From an uncultured Acidobacteriota bacterium (lineage in GTDB: Bacteria > Acidobacteriota > Thermoanaerobaculia > UBA5066 > Gp7-AA6): a stretch of DNA of 64,000 nt. The position numbers were made by a program, and so were the translations under genes. The DNA is taken from positions 677,590 through 741,589 of the forward strand of contig CAWGKP010000008.1 in the NCBI GenBank assembly GCA_963823185.1, read 5' to 3'. How positions within the stretch are numbered: the first letter of the stretch is position 1; every line of letters starts with the position of its first letter. The notes beneath the pieces were generated by a model. It saw only the letters and a program-made list of their open reading frames with translations. It had not been told where the DNA came from and did not search any database. Of this stretch, positions 53,953 through 63,635 are shown piece by piece.

Positions 53953-56279
53953 GAGGCGCGCGCCCGCGCGCGCTCGCGCCGCAGAAGCCCGAGCGCGATG
54001 ACCCCGAACGCGAGCGGCCCCAGCCAGGAGACCTCCGCGCCGGGCACGCGCTCGACCCAGTCGAGCCGGTGATCTCCCGGCGGGATCGCGACGGCGGTGA
54101 AGGCGATCTGCGCGGGAACCGTCGGGACCTCGCGCCCGTCGAGGGTCACGGTGCGGTGGTTCCAGAAGCCGCGGAGCACGAAGAGCCAGCACGGGTCCGG
54201 CGTCGAGACGTCGAGGCGCAGCCGTCCGGGCGATTTCTCGAGCACGCGGATCTTCCCCGGCCGCGCGGCGCCCGCCGCCGACCGCTCCGTCTCGAGCATC
54301 AGGTCGCCGGGCTCCATCTTCGGCATGGCGGCGAGCGCGGCGAGCGCGTCCGGCTCCTCGCGCCAGCGTTCCAGCAGGCGAATGTCGGGCGCCGCGAGCC
54401 GGTTCTCGTCCCACGACTGCAGGCCGTCGCCGCCGAACGCGGCGTATCCCGTCATCGCGTCCTGATCCCGATAGCGAATCCCGAACCGCAGCGCGAAGCT
54501 GCCGAAGAACGCGCCGGCGTTCGGAAGCGTCGCGGCGACCGACGAGTAGCGCCGCAGGCTGTCCACGCGCGAGAGATCGCCGACGTCCAGATCCGAGTTG
54601 AAGACGGTGCCGCGCCGCCAGAGACCCTGCGTGTGCAGGTACCAGACGCGGCGCGAATAGTCCGAAGCGCCGGGATCCGACGGCAGCGCCGCGAGCTGGA
54701 GCGCGGAAGGCGGACGATAGGGCGATTCGTCGAGCGTCCGGAAGAGCCCGCGGGGATCCCGGCGCGCGACGGCCCGGGCGTACGCGGTCGGCGTGAAGAT
54801 CGCGTCTTCGCTCTCGGTGCGGGCGATCCTCCGATTCGCGACGACCGGCAGGAGCGCCAGGACGCCGAACCCGAGCGCCCGCGCCGGCTTCGGACCGGCG
54901 AGCGCCGCGAGCGCCAGGGCGGCCGCCGCCCAGGCGAGCCCCGCCTCGGAGAGCGCCGCCGGCAGCTCGCGACCCGCGCGCTCCGCCGCGTCGCCCGTCG
55001 CCCCGATCGCGGCCGCGGCCGCCTCTCCCGCCCGCGCCGGCGAGGCCGCCGCGAAGAGCGTCAGGGCCGCGAGCAGCGCCGCCACGGCGAGCGCCCCGCG
55101 GGAGGCGCCGGGGGCGCGCCAGCGCTCCGCCGCGAGCCCCGCCGCGACGGCGAGCGCAAAGACGAGCGCGATGCAGAACTTCTCCGGGTAGCGCAGGGGG
55201 ATGAAGGAAGGCCAGGCGAGGACGGCCTTCGGGGCGAGGCTCGGCGGCACCGCGAGGAGGATCGCGGCTGCGGCGAGCGCCCGCGCGAAACGCGCGCCCG
55301 GAAGACCGGCGGGACGGAGGGAGACTTCGACGATCCCGATCACGGCGGCCGCGCCGCAGTAGAGCGACGCGAACAGAAACCGGAACGCCGAGGCGCCCCA
55401 GATGTCGTGGATCGAGTTGGACCAAGTCGCACCGAACGGAAACGGCGCGAGGAGCTCGAGCAGGCGCCACGGCTTCACCGAGAACGCGAAGACTTCGGCG
55501 AGCTTCATTCCGATGACGGCGCGGTGCGTCTCGGGGACCATGAGCCCGGTCGCGAGGATCTGCGGCGCCGCGAGGAGCGCTCCGAGCGCGACGCCGGTCG
55601 CGAGACGCAGGAACGGCCCGCGGCGCGTCCCGCGCGGCTCCTCCGTCGCGATCCAGATCGCGCCGGCCCCCATCGCGATGACGATCGTGAAGACGTCGCC
55701 CGCGAGGAACATCAGCGCGTAGACGGCGGCGAGCCCGAGGAGCCGCCTCGCGGCCGAGCGCGCCGGCCGGATCAAGGCCCACAGCGTCCACGGGACGAGC
55801 GTCACGCCCGGCAGGAAGTTCGTGAAGTAGACCTCGGAGACGACGGCGCCGGAAAAGACATAGGTCGCGGCGCCGAGAACCGCCGCGCCGCGGGAGGCGC
55901 CGAGCGCAGAGAGCAGGAGAATCATGCCGGCGCCCGCGGCGATCCAGTGGAGGACCGGATAGAGACGCATCGCGAACGGAAACGGCAGGGGCGCGAGGAG
56001 AGGCCGCACCGGATAGAGGAATCCCGCGTTCGGGTTCGGCGCGAGCGGCCGGCCTCCCGAGACGTCCGGCGACCAGACCGGAACCGTCCCGGCCGCCCAC
56101 GCGTCGTGGACGGATTTCTCGACCGGAAGGTTGTAGACGATCAGATCCCGTCCGATGAAGTTGCGCCGGAGAAACAGCGGGTCGGCGTACGCGGCGAGAA
56201 CGAGCAGCGCGAAGGCGACGACGGGCAGAGCCCGGGTTCGCCGGGATGCCGACGGAGGCGACTCGCGCGGAATGCTCAA
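53949..56279 (-). CDS. YfhO-like polytopic membrane protein (putative GT-C glycosyltransferase), paralog 3
   Basis: 776 aa. N-terminal FIGRDLIVYNLPVEKSVHDAWAAGTVPVWSPDVSGGRPLAPNPNAGFLYP is nearly colinear with paralog 2. Confidence 0.65.
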   Translation of the reverse strand: MSIPRESPPSASRRTRALPVVAFALLVLAAYADPLFLRRNFIGRDLIVYNLPVEKSVHDAWAAGTVPVWSPDVSGGRPLAPNPNAGFLYPVRPLLAPLPFPFAMRLYPVLHWIAAGAGMILLLSALGASRGAAVLGAATYVFSGAVVSEVYFTNFLPGVTLVPWTLWALIRPARSAARRLLGLAAVYALMFLAGDVFTIVIAMGAGAIWIATEEPRGTRRGPFLRLATGVALGALLAAPQILATGLMVPETHRAVIGMKLAEVFAFSVKPWRLLELLAPFPFGATWSNSIHDIWGASAFRFLFASLYCGAAAVIGIVEVSLRPAGLPGARFARALAAAAILLAVPPSLAPKAVLAWPSFIPLRYPEKFCIALVFALAVAAGLAAERWRAPGASRGALAVAALLAALTLFAAASPARAGEAAAAAIGATGDAAERAGRELPAALSEAGLAWAAAALALAALAGPKPARALGFGVLALLPVVANRRIARTESEDAIFTPTAYARAVARRDPRGLFRTLDESPYRPPSALQLAALPSDPGASDYSRRVWYLHTQGLWRRGTVFNSDLDVGDLSRVDSLRRYSSVAATLPNAGAFFGSFALRFGIRYRDQDAMTGYAAFGGDGLQSWDENRLAAPDIRLLERWREEPDALAALAAMPKMEPGDLMLETERSAAGAARPGKIRVLEKSPGRLRLDVSTPDPCWLFVLRGFWNHRTVTLDGREVPTVPAQIAFTAVAIPPGDHRLDWVERVPGAEVSWLGPLAFGVIALGLLRRERARARAS

Positions 56280-56357
56280 GAGGTCGGTTTAGGATAGGGC
56301 ATCGAGTCTCCAGCACCAAACCGGGCGGGTTGGAGCGCGGGCCTCGCGATCGCGGCC

Positions 56358-57752
56358 GTGGCCCTCGCGATCGCCGCCCGCCTCGCGCTGCTCGTCGCGC
56401 GTCCGCTCTGGTCGGACGAGCTCTTCACGGTCTGGGTCGCGAGGATGGCGCCCGCGCCGATCGTGTCGGCCCTGCGCAACGACTCCGGTCCGCCCGCCTT
56501 CTACGCGCTCGCAAAACCGTTCGTCGCGCTCGGCGAGATCGCGGGCGACGATCGCGCGGTGCGGGTCCCCTCGTTTCTGGCAGCGCTGGCTCTGCTCTTC
56601 GCCGCGCGCGCGCTGCCGTCGCGCGGCGCGAGGCGCGCGGCCCTCGTCCTGTTCGGCACGTCGGCGCTTCTCGGCCTCTACGCCGCCGAGGGACGCGCCT
56701 ACGCGCTCCTCGCGCTCCTGATCTTCCTCCTCTATCGCGAGGCGCTCGAGGCGGCCGAACGCCCCCGGCAGCTCGCCGCCGTCGGCGCGCTCGGCGCGGC
56801 CGCGCTCTACACGCACTATCTGGCCCTCCCGGCGGTCGCGGTGCTTCTTCTCCTCGCGCTGGCGCGCCGCCGCATCCGGACCGCCGCGGCGCTCGCCGTC
56901 TCGGGCCTGCTCTTCGCGCCGTGGATCCCGATCCTCGCGGCGCAGCCGCCGGGCGCGGTCGCCTGGATGCGCGAACCTCCGGCCGCCTCGGCCGTGGGGT
57001 TTCTTTCGGCCCTCGGAGGCGCGGGCCGCGTGCCGGCGCCGTTCGGCTTCTCGCCGCCGGACGCCGTCTTCGCTCTGGGGATCGCCGCCGCGCTCCTCCT
57101 GACGATGGCCGTCGTGCGCGCGGCGGGCGCCGACGCCGCGATCCGCGACGCCGCGATCTTCGTGGCCGCCGTCCTCGTCCTCTCGATCGCGGCGTCCCTC
57201 GTCATGCCGTTCGCCTTCGCGGGGCGGACCGAGATGGCCGTGCTTCCCGTCTGGCTGTGGGCCGTCGCCCGCGCGTCCGCCGCGAGCCGCCTCGCGCGCG
57301 CGGGAGTCGCGGCGTCGGCCGTGCTCGGGATCCTCACGCTCGGCGCCGCGGCGGTCGGGCCCCATCCTCCCTCGGCGGCGGGACACGCCGCGCGCGTGGT
57401 CGACCGGCTGGCCCGTCCCGCGGACACGCTCTTCGCGGGCCCCGGCCTCTACCTGCCCTTCCGCATCGCCGCAGACCGCGGCCGCCTCGCGCCGCGCCTC
57501 GTCGCATACCCGTCCGCAGTCGCCCGCCATCCGGGCTGGTGGACGCCGGAGGCTCCTTCCGGCGCGGACGCGGCCGCGGTCGCGACGGCGGTCGCGGGAC
57601 CGGGCGCCGTCTGGATGCTCGTGCCGCCGGGATTCGTCACGCCGGAGATCCGCTCAGCGCTCGCCGCGGGCGGTCGCGTGCGGGAGCTCTCGCTGCGGCC
57701 GGAGGCGGTGCTCCTTCACCGCACCGCGGCCGGAGAAGGGGCCCGACCCTAG
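56358..57752 (+). CDS. ArnT/PMT-like (GT39/PMT_2-type) polytopic membrane glycosyltransferase candidate
   Basis: First-loop motif [14 protein letters not shown] (DE motif of lipid-carrier-dependent GT-C enzymes) and about 10 hydrophobic helices. The N-terminus is uncertain because the in-frame upstream sequence extends TM1 without a canonical start. Confidence 0.6.
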   Translation: MALAIAARLALLVARPLWSDELFTVWVARMAPAPIVSALRNDSGPPAFYALAKPFVALGEIAGDDRAVRVPSFLAALALLFAARALPSRGARRAALVLFGTSALLGLYAAEGRAYALLALLIFLLYREALEAAERPRQLAAVGALGAAALYTHYLALPAVAVLLLLALARRRIRTAAALAVSGLLFAPWIPILAAQPPGAVAWMREPPAASAVGFLSALGGAGRVPAPFGFSPPDAVFALGIAAALLLTMAVVRAAGADAAIRDAAIFVAAVLVLSIAASLVMPFAFAGRTEMAVLPVWLWAVARASAASRLARAGVAASAVLGILTLGAAAVGPHPPSAAGHAARVVDRLARPADTLFAGPGLYLPFRIAADRGRLAPRLVAYPSAVARHPGWWTPEAPSGADAAAVATAVAGPGAVWMLVPPGFVTPEIRSALAAGGRVRELSLRPEAVLLHRTAAGEGARP

Positions 57753-59164
57753 CTCTCGCCGATTCGTCCGCGCGGCTTGCTCGCGATCGCGAGCAGCGAC
57801 ATGCCGTAGGGCGGCGGGCTCTTCTCCTCGCGCCGCAGCAGCGGCATCGCGAGCTGGAAAGCGAACAGCTGGCCCTTCGGGAGGATCCGCCGGCGCAGGA
57901 TGCGCCCGTTGATCCACCAGCCGACGACGCCCGGCCGGTTCACGAAGCGACAATCCTCGACGCGGAATCCCGCGGCCGCGAGCTTCTCTTCGAGCTCGGC
58001 TTTCTCGTAGCGGCGGAAATGACGCAGGTGCTCGTCGAGCGTCCCGTAGAGCTTCTGCAGCGCCGGCACGAGGACGATCAGGCGCCCGCCCGGCTGGAGC
58101 ACGGCGAACATGTCGGCGAGCGTGCCGCGGTCGTCCTCGATGTGCTCGAGGACGTTGCAGATCACGACCGTGTCGAGCCGCCGGACGGCGAGCTCGGCGC
58201 GCACGCCGTCGCCGAGCGGGAACTCGTAGGACTTCACCTCGACCGCGGCGTCCTCGCGGAAAGCGCCCTTCAGGTACTCGACGGCGATCGGATCCAGATC
58301 GGACGCGATGACGAGCTCGCGGCCCGTCAGGTGGCGCGTCAGGTTCCCGAATCCCGCGCCGATCTCGAGGATCCGGCGGCCGAGCGCGTGGGAGAAGCGG
58401 CCCACGAGCCAGCGGTTGTACGGCTCGAGCTTCGCCATGCGCGCGAGCGTCACGTGCCCGACGTTGCGCGGATCCTCCGCCTCGCGCAGTCCGTGCCGCA
58501 CGATCGTCCAGAGCGCGGAGAAGGCGTCCTTGAGGCCGATCTTCTTGCCTTCCTCGTACGTGCGTCCGTAGTAGGAGATCGGGACCTCGTAGATCCGATA
58601 GCCGCGGCGCGCGACCTTCGCGGTGATCTCCGGCTCGATGCCGAAGCGCGGGCTCTCGATCGTCATGGACTGGACGACCTCGCGCCGGAACATCTTGTAG
58701 CAGGTCTCCATGTCCGTGAGGTTCAGGTTCGTGAACATGTTGGACGCGAGCGTCAGCAGGCGGTTGCCGATGGTGTGCCAGAAGTACAGGACGCGGCGCG
58801 GCCCGCCCCCGAGGAAGCGCGAGCCATACACGACGTCGGCGTGGCCGTCGGCGATCGGGCCGAGCAGCTTCACGTACTCGCGCGGGTCGTACTCGAGGTC
58901 CGCGTCCTGGATGATGACGACGTCGCCGGCGGCGTGCCGGAAGCCGACGGAGACCGCCGCGCCCTTCCCCTGGTTCTGAGGCTGGAGGAAGACGCGCACG
59001 CCGTCGCGGCCGTCCATCTCGCGCAGGATTTCGCGGGTCCCGTCGGTCGAGCCGTCGTCGACGATCAGGATCTCCTTCTCGACGGGAACGGCGGCCACCT
59101 GCCGCACGATCTCGCGGATCGTCTTCGACTCGTTGTAGACCGGCATGACGACGGAGATCTTCAT
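57749..59164 (-). CDS. fusion protein: GT2 polyprenyl-phosphate glycosyltransferase-like domain + class I SAM-dependent methyltransferase
   Basis: The N-terminal half has [18 protein letters not shown], and [10 protein letters not shown] (DxD). The C-terminal half has [12 protein letters not shown] (GxGxG SAM motif), [10 protein letters not shown] and [12 protein letters not shown]. Confidence 0.85.
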   Translation of the reverse strand: MKISVVMPVYNESKTIREIVRQVAAVPVEKEILIVDDGSTDGTREILREMDGRDGVRVFLQPQNQGKGAAVSVGFRHAAGDVVIIQDADLEYDPREYVKLLGPIADGHADVVYGSRFLGGGPRRVLYFWHTIGNRLLTLASNMFTNLNLTDMETCYKMFRREVVQSMTIESPRFGIEPEITAKVARRGYRIYEVPISYYGRTYEEGKKIGLKDAFSALWTIVRHGLREAEDPRNVGHVTLARMAKLEPYNRWLVGRFSHALGRRILEIGAGFGNLTRHLTGRELVIASDLDPIAVEYLKGAFREDAAVEVKSYEFPLGDGVRAELAVRRLDTVVICNVLEHIEDDRGTLADMFAVLQPGGRLIVLVPALQKLYGTLDEHLRHFRRYEKAELEEKLAAAGFRVEDCRFVNRPGVVGWWINGRILRRRILPKGQLFAFQLAMPLLRREEKSPPPYGMSLLAIASKPRGRIGES

Positions 59165-60876
59165 TTCGTCGGCGGCTCCCGGGGCGGAAGCTCGAAAAGA
59201 TACATCGAGTATCCCACGCGGCCCGCGGGACGGCCGCGCGCCGCGATCTCGCGGAGAAGGTTCTCGAGCGACGCGGCGACGCCCGTCGCGCCATGGTACG
59301 CGTAGTAGAGGGGGCCGACGGCGAGATGGAACGCGGACACGGCGACGAGCGTGCCCCGCACCCGAGGGTCCGCGGAGAAGTCGGGCACGCCGACGCGGTA
59401 CGGGACGTCGTCACCGCCGAAATACACGACCGTCGGGTCCTTCACCCCGCGCCGCCGGAGCTCCACCGCGAGCCGCCGCAGGTCGAGGCCCCAGTCGACG
59501 TTCGAGTCGGTCAGGATCTTCCGTCCGCCTTCGGGACCGCCGGCCAGCGCATTGAAGTACGAGAGCTCGTAGGGGTGGATGTGGAGCGTCTCGCCCGCCG
59601 CCGACAGGGGAAGTGCCGACAGCAGCACGGCCGCGACGGCGGCCGGCCGCCGACCCGCGGCCGCGAGGCGCGCGAGGACGGCCGCGGCGCCGAGCGCGAG
59701 GAACGGATAGGCCGGCAGGAGATGGCGGACACCGATGTTGTAGCTCGATCCGGCCGACGCGACGAAGAGCACCGCGGCCGGAAGAAGCCACAATGCGGCG
59801 TCGCGCCCGAGCCGGAAAGCCGCGGCTCCCCCGAGCGCGAGCGCGGTCGCCGCGAGGAAGGCGAGCGACGATTTCACGAGGAAGGCCACGAGGAAATAGC
59901 CCGGGAAGCCCGTGATCGAGGTCTTGCCCGCGAGGAAATTGATGCCGCCGCCCACCGCGTTCTGCCGCGCGACGTACGCGAGGCCCCCGAGGTAGTGACC
60001 GAGCGGCGGCGAGATCTCGGCCACCCTCTGGATCGCGCGGGCGAGCCCCGGCGCACCGCGCTCTCCCACCGATTCCCAGATGATCTGGCGCTGATCGGCT
60101 CCGTTCATTCGGGTCGTGACGGCCGCGTAGACGGCGAAGACGACGACCAGCGCGCCCGCGGCGACGATTGCGAGCCGGCCGAGGTTGCGCAGCGCGTCGC
60201 GCCCCGGCCTCTCCGACCGCCGCGCCGCGAGGAGCGCCTGCAGAGCGAGGATCGGCAGCAGGTAGACGCCGGAGAATTTCGTCGCGAGGGTCGCGCCGAG
60301 CGCGAGCGCCGCCAGGGCCAGCCGGACCGCGCTCGGCTCCTCCTGCGCGCAGTTCCACGCGACCACCGTCGCCAGGAATCCCAGCGATGCCGCCACGTCC
60401 GTGTGCACGACGCCGGCGTGCGCGACGAAGTTCGGATCGAACGCCACGAGGGCCGCGGCGCAGAGCGCGGGGCCCGGCCCGTACCGCCCGCACGCCGCGG
60501 CAAAGACCAGGACGACGAGCGCGCCCAGCAGCCAACGGAACGGCCGCCGCGCCGCGGCCGCGATCGCGTCGGGAGAGACCCGGTTCTCGAAGAGGAAGGC
60601 ATGGCCGAAGTCGGTGAAGCCGCTTCCCAGAGGAACCTTCGCCGGGGCCGGCGGCAGGTCGAGCGTCGCGAGGGACAGCCCCGCGAGGATCTTCGCGAGC
60701 GGCGGATGCTCGATGTTGACGATCGCCGTGCGGCCGGACACCTCGAAGTACCCCGAGAGGATGTGCACGGGTTCGTCGGCGGACAACGCGTCGAATCGCG
60801 CGTGATCCCAGACGAGCCCGATCGCGGCCAGGGCGAGGACGACGGCGCCGGCCGTCGCGAGCGGGCGGCGGCTCAC
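59161..60876 (-). CDS. ArnT/PMT-like (GT39 family) phospholipid-carrier-dependent glycosyltransferase candidate
   Basis: The GTG at 60876 overlaps the GT2 stop (GTGA). First loop [13 protein letters not shown], many TMs, and C-terminal [30 protein letters not shown], which I recall from GT39-annotated bacterial proteins. Track ORF 59161..61428 is over-extended. Confidence 0.7.
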   Translation of the reverse strand: MSRRPLATAGAVVLALAAIGLVWDHARFDALSADEPVHILSGYFEVSGRTAIVNIEHPPLAKILAGLSLATLDLPPAPAKVPLGSGFTDFGHAFLFENRVSPDAIAAAARRPFRWLLGALVVLVFAAACGRYGPGPALCAAALVAFDPNFVAHAGVVHTDVAASLGFLATVVAWNCAQEEPSAVRLALAALALGATLATKFSGVYLLPILALQALLAARRSERPGRDALRNLGRLAIVAAGALVVVFAVYAAVTTRMNGADQRQIIWESVGERGAPGLARAIQRVAEISPPLGHYLGGLAYVARQNAVGGGINFLAGKTSITGFPGYFLVAFLVKSSLAFLAATALALGGAAAFRLGRDAALWLLPAAVLFVASAGSSYNIGVRHLLPAYPFLALGAAAVLARLAAAGRRPAAVAAVLLSALPLSAAGETLHIHPYELSYFNALAGGPEGGRKILTDSNVDWGLDLRRLAVELRRRGVKDPTVVYFGGDDVPYRVGVPDFSADPRVRGTLVAVSAFHLAVGPLYYAYHGATGVAASLENLLREIAARGRPAGRVGYSMYLFELPPREPPTK

Positions 60877-61607
60877 GATTTCGTCGGACGACGCTCGAAG
60901 GTGTGCCGCACCAGCGCGCCGAGCGCGGAAAGGCCGTCCTTGAGGCGGATCTTCTTTCCTTCCGCGCGCGACCGCGCGAAGTAGGAGACCGGCACCTCGA
61001 AGACGCGAAATCCGCCGCGCGCCACCTTCACCGTGAACTCGGCGTCGAATCCGAAGCGCCGCGACTCGAGGTCGAGCGACGGCACGACGCGCCGGTGGAA
61101 GGCCTTGTAGCAGGTCGCCATGTCCGTGAGGTTCAAGTCGGTGAACACGTTCGAGATGAGCGTCAGGATCCGGTTGCCGACCGTGTGCCAGAAGTTCTGG
61201 ACGCGGTTCTCGGCGCTGCCGCGGAAGCGCGAGCCGTAGACGACATCGGCGCGGCCCGACTCGATCGGGCGCAGGATCGCCGCGTAGTCGGCCGGGTCGT
61301 ACTCGAGGTCGGCGTCCTGGATGATCAGGATCTCGCCGCGCGCCTGCTCCATCGCGGTGCGGACCGCGCGGCCCTTCCCGAGGTTCGCCGAATGGAGGAT
61401 CACGCGCACGCCGTCGCGTCCGTTCCATCGCTCGAGGATCTCGCGCGTGCCGTCCGTCGATCCGTCGTCCACGACGAGGATTTCCTTCTCGATCGGAACC
61501 GCGCCGACGAGGCGCAGGATCTCGTCGATCGTCCGCGTCTCGTTGAAGACGGGCATGAGGACGGAGAGCTTCACGCGATGATCAAATGATACCGGACGGG
61601 CTGGCAT
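60873..61607 (-). CDS. GT2 polyprenyl-phosphate glycosyltransferase-like enzyme (DPM1/GtrB/ArnC type), soluble form
   Basis: [18 protein letters not shown] and [10 protein letters not shown]. By eye it is roughly 60% identical to the GT2 half of 57749..59164. The in-frame GTG at 61574 (VKLSVLMPVFNE) is a more typical start than the ATG at 61607. Confidence 0.88.
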   Translation of the reverse strand: MPARPVSFDHRVKLSVLMPVFNETRTIDEILRLVGAVPIEKEILVVDDGSTDGTREILERWNGRDGVRVILHSANLGKGRAVRTAMEQARGEILIIQDADLEYDPADYAAILRPIESGRADVVYGSRFRGSAENRVQNFWHTVGNRILTLISNVFTDLNLTDMATCYKAFHRRVVPSLDLESRRFGFDAEFTVKVARGGFRVFEVPVSYFARSRAEGKKIRLKDGLSALGALVRHTFERRPTKS

Positions 61608-61608
61608 A

Positions 61609-63612
61609 ATGATCGCGATGCCGGCGCGGCGCCTCGTGTTTCTCTTTGGCCTCCTCGCCGCGCTCGCCGTCGGCGTTTTCCTGCGCCTGACGACGCGATC
61701 GCAGCTCGCGGCGACGGGCCGGACGCGCGTGCTGGGCTCCGATGACGCCTATCATCTGCGTCGGGCGCGCTTCGCGGTCGCGCACTTTCCGCGCACGATC
61801 TTCTTCGACCCGCTCATGAACGTGCCCGAGGGCGGCGTCCCGATCTGGCCGCCGCTCTTCGACCTCGCGCTCGCCGCGCCGTCGCGGATCCTCCACGGGC
61901 CGAATGCTCCGGGCGAGGCCGTGGAGGCGGAGGCGTGCTGGGTCCCGGTCGTCCTCGCCGGCGCGGCCATTCTGCTCGCCGGCGTCGTCGGCAAGCGTGT
62001 TTACGGGCCGGCCGGCGGCGCCGCCGCCGCGTTCTTCGTCGCGATCTGTCCGGCGCACATCCTGTGGACGCAGTTCGGGCACACGGACCAGCACGTCGCC
62101 GAATCGGCCACGGGACTCCTCGTCCTCGCGGCCTTCCTCAAGAGCCGCGAGGAGGATCGCGCGCGCAACGACCTCCTCGCCGGCCTCGCGCTGACGCTCG
62201 CGGTGCTCTCCTGGCAGGGCGCGATCTACTGGGCGGCGATCTTCGCGCTGGCGCTGTTTCTCGAGTGCGTCTTCCTGCGGCGCGACGTCCTCCGGCCGAT
62301 CCTGCTCGTCCTCGCGCTGCCGGCCCTCCTCGCCGGCGCCGCGACCGCCCTCTGGCTCGGGCCGATCCGGCCGCCCGTCACCTACGTCTCGTTCGGATTC
62401 TTTCAGCCGCTGTTTCTCGGCGCGCTCGCCGGGGGGACGCTCCTGCTCGCAACCCTCGCGGGGGCCGCGCGTCGCGACCTCGCGGGCCGGGCGCTCGGCG
62501 CCCGCATCGGGCTGCTCGCCGGCGCCGCCGCGGTCCTGCTGCCCTTCGCGGGCGACCTCGTGCGCGGCCTCGCCAACGGCGTGGGATACGTCCTCGGCCA
62601 GACGCAGGAAGCTGCCGGCAAGGGCGGCTACGTCTCCTATCCGGCCGGCTGGCTGAAAGGGATCTTCGAGGCGCGGCCGTTGCTCGCCGACGGATTTTCG
62701 CTCCCGCTCGAGCAGCTCTCGGCCGCGTTCCTCCTCTCGCCGCTCGTCGTCCTTCTCTGGGCCTCGCGGGTCCGGCGCGGTCCGCGGCCGGCGCTCCACC
62801 TCGCGCTCGCGATCTGGGGGGCCGTCACGATCTTCCTCGCCCTGTCGCAGCGGCTGAACGTCTACTATGCCGCGCCGCTCGCGGCGTTCTGCGCGATCGA
62901 AGCGGTCGGCCTCGTCGCGACGCGGCTCGCCGAGGCCGGCGCGCGGCGGGGCGTTCGGGCCGCCTTTGTCGCCGCGACGGCCACGCTGCTCCTTCTGCCG
63001 ATGGCGCCCGGTCTGCGCGGCGAGCTCGCGGCCGTCCGCGCCCCGGGGACGGACCTGTTCGAGACGCTCGACTGGATGAAGCGCGAGCTGCCGCGGACGG
63101 TGGACGTCTACGACCCGCGACTCCTGGACGCACCGCCCGCCGCGCCGGGGCTTTCGCACGCCGCGTCGGTGATCGCGCCCTGGTCGCTCGGCCATCGGAT
63201 TCTCTTCGACGCGGAGCAGCCGGTCGTCGCGAACAATTTCGGCTACGGGTTCGAGGACTCGATCCGGTTCTTCCTGGCCGAGAGCGAGGAGGAGGCCCTC
63301 GCGATCGCGCGGGCGCGGCGCGTGCGGTGGATTCTCGCGACGGACCTCGCGCCACGACTGAACGACTACGCGGGCTACGTCGGCCGCGGGCCCGTCCTCA
63401 CGGCCGGGCCGGGCGGGCTCCAGCCGACGCCCGCGTACTTCCGGACGATGCAGTCGCGGCTCTACGACTTCGACGGCGCGGGCGCGCGGCTGCCGGGCGC
63501 CGAGGTTGCGCCGCTCGCGCACATCCGCCTCGTCCACGCCTCGCGGACCGGCATCGTGCGCGGCGGAAAGTGGCTCGCGCGCTGGAAGGTCTTCGAGATC
63601 CGGCCGGACTAA
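61609..63612 (+). CDS. STT3/AglB-like oligosaccharyltransferase-family membrane protein with degenerate WWDYG motif
   Basis: 667 aa. The first loop has GSDDAYHLRRA...NVPEGGVPIWPPLFD. It has about 13 hydrophobic helices and a C-terminal soluble domain with APWSLGHRILFDAEQPVVANNFGYG, where AglB proteins carry WWDYGHWI....PVVANPFQ (from memory). The alternative start is ATG 61618. Confidence 0.55.
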   Translation: MIAMPARRLVFLFGLLAALAVGVFLRLTTRSQLAATGRTRVLGSDDAYHLRRARFAVAHFPRTIFFDPLMNVPEGGVPIWPPLFDLALAAPSRILHGPNAPGEAVEAEACWVPVVLAGAAILLAGVVGKRVYGPAGGAAAAFFVAICPAHILWTQFGHTDQHVAESATGLLVLAAFLKSREEDRARNDLLAGLALTLAVLSWQGAIYWAAIFALALFLECVFLRRDVLRPILLVLALPALLAGAATALWLGPIRPPVTYVSFGFFQPLFLGALAGGTLLLATLAGAARRDLAGRALGARIGLLAGAAAVLLPFAGDLVRGLANGVGYVLGQTQEAAGKGGYVSYPAGWLKGIFEARPLLADGFSLPLEQLSAAFLLSPLVVLLWASRVRRGPRPALHLALAIWGAVTIFLALSQRLNVYYAAPLAAFCAIEAVGLVATRLAEAGARRGVRAAFVAATATLLLLPMAPGLRGELAAVRAPGTDLFETLDWMKRELPRTVDVYDPRLLDAPPAAPGLSHAASVIAPWSLGHRILFDAEQPVVANNFGYGFEDSIRFFLAESEEEALAIARARRVRWILATDLAPRLNDYAGYVGRGPVLTAGPGGLQPTPAYFRTMQSRLYDFDGAGARLPGAEVAPLAHIRLVHASRTGIVRGGKWLARWKVFEIRPD

Positions 63613-63635
63613 CGGGCGCGGCTCGCAGCAACCTG

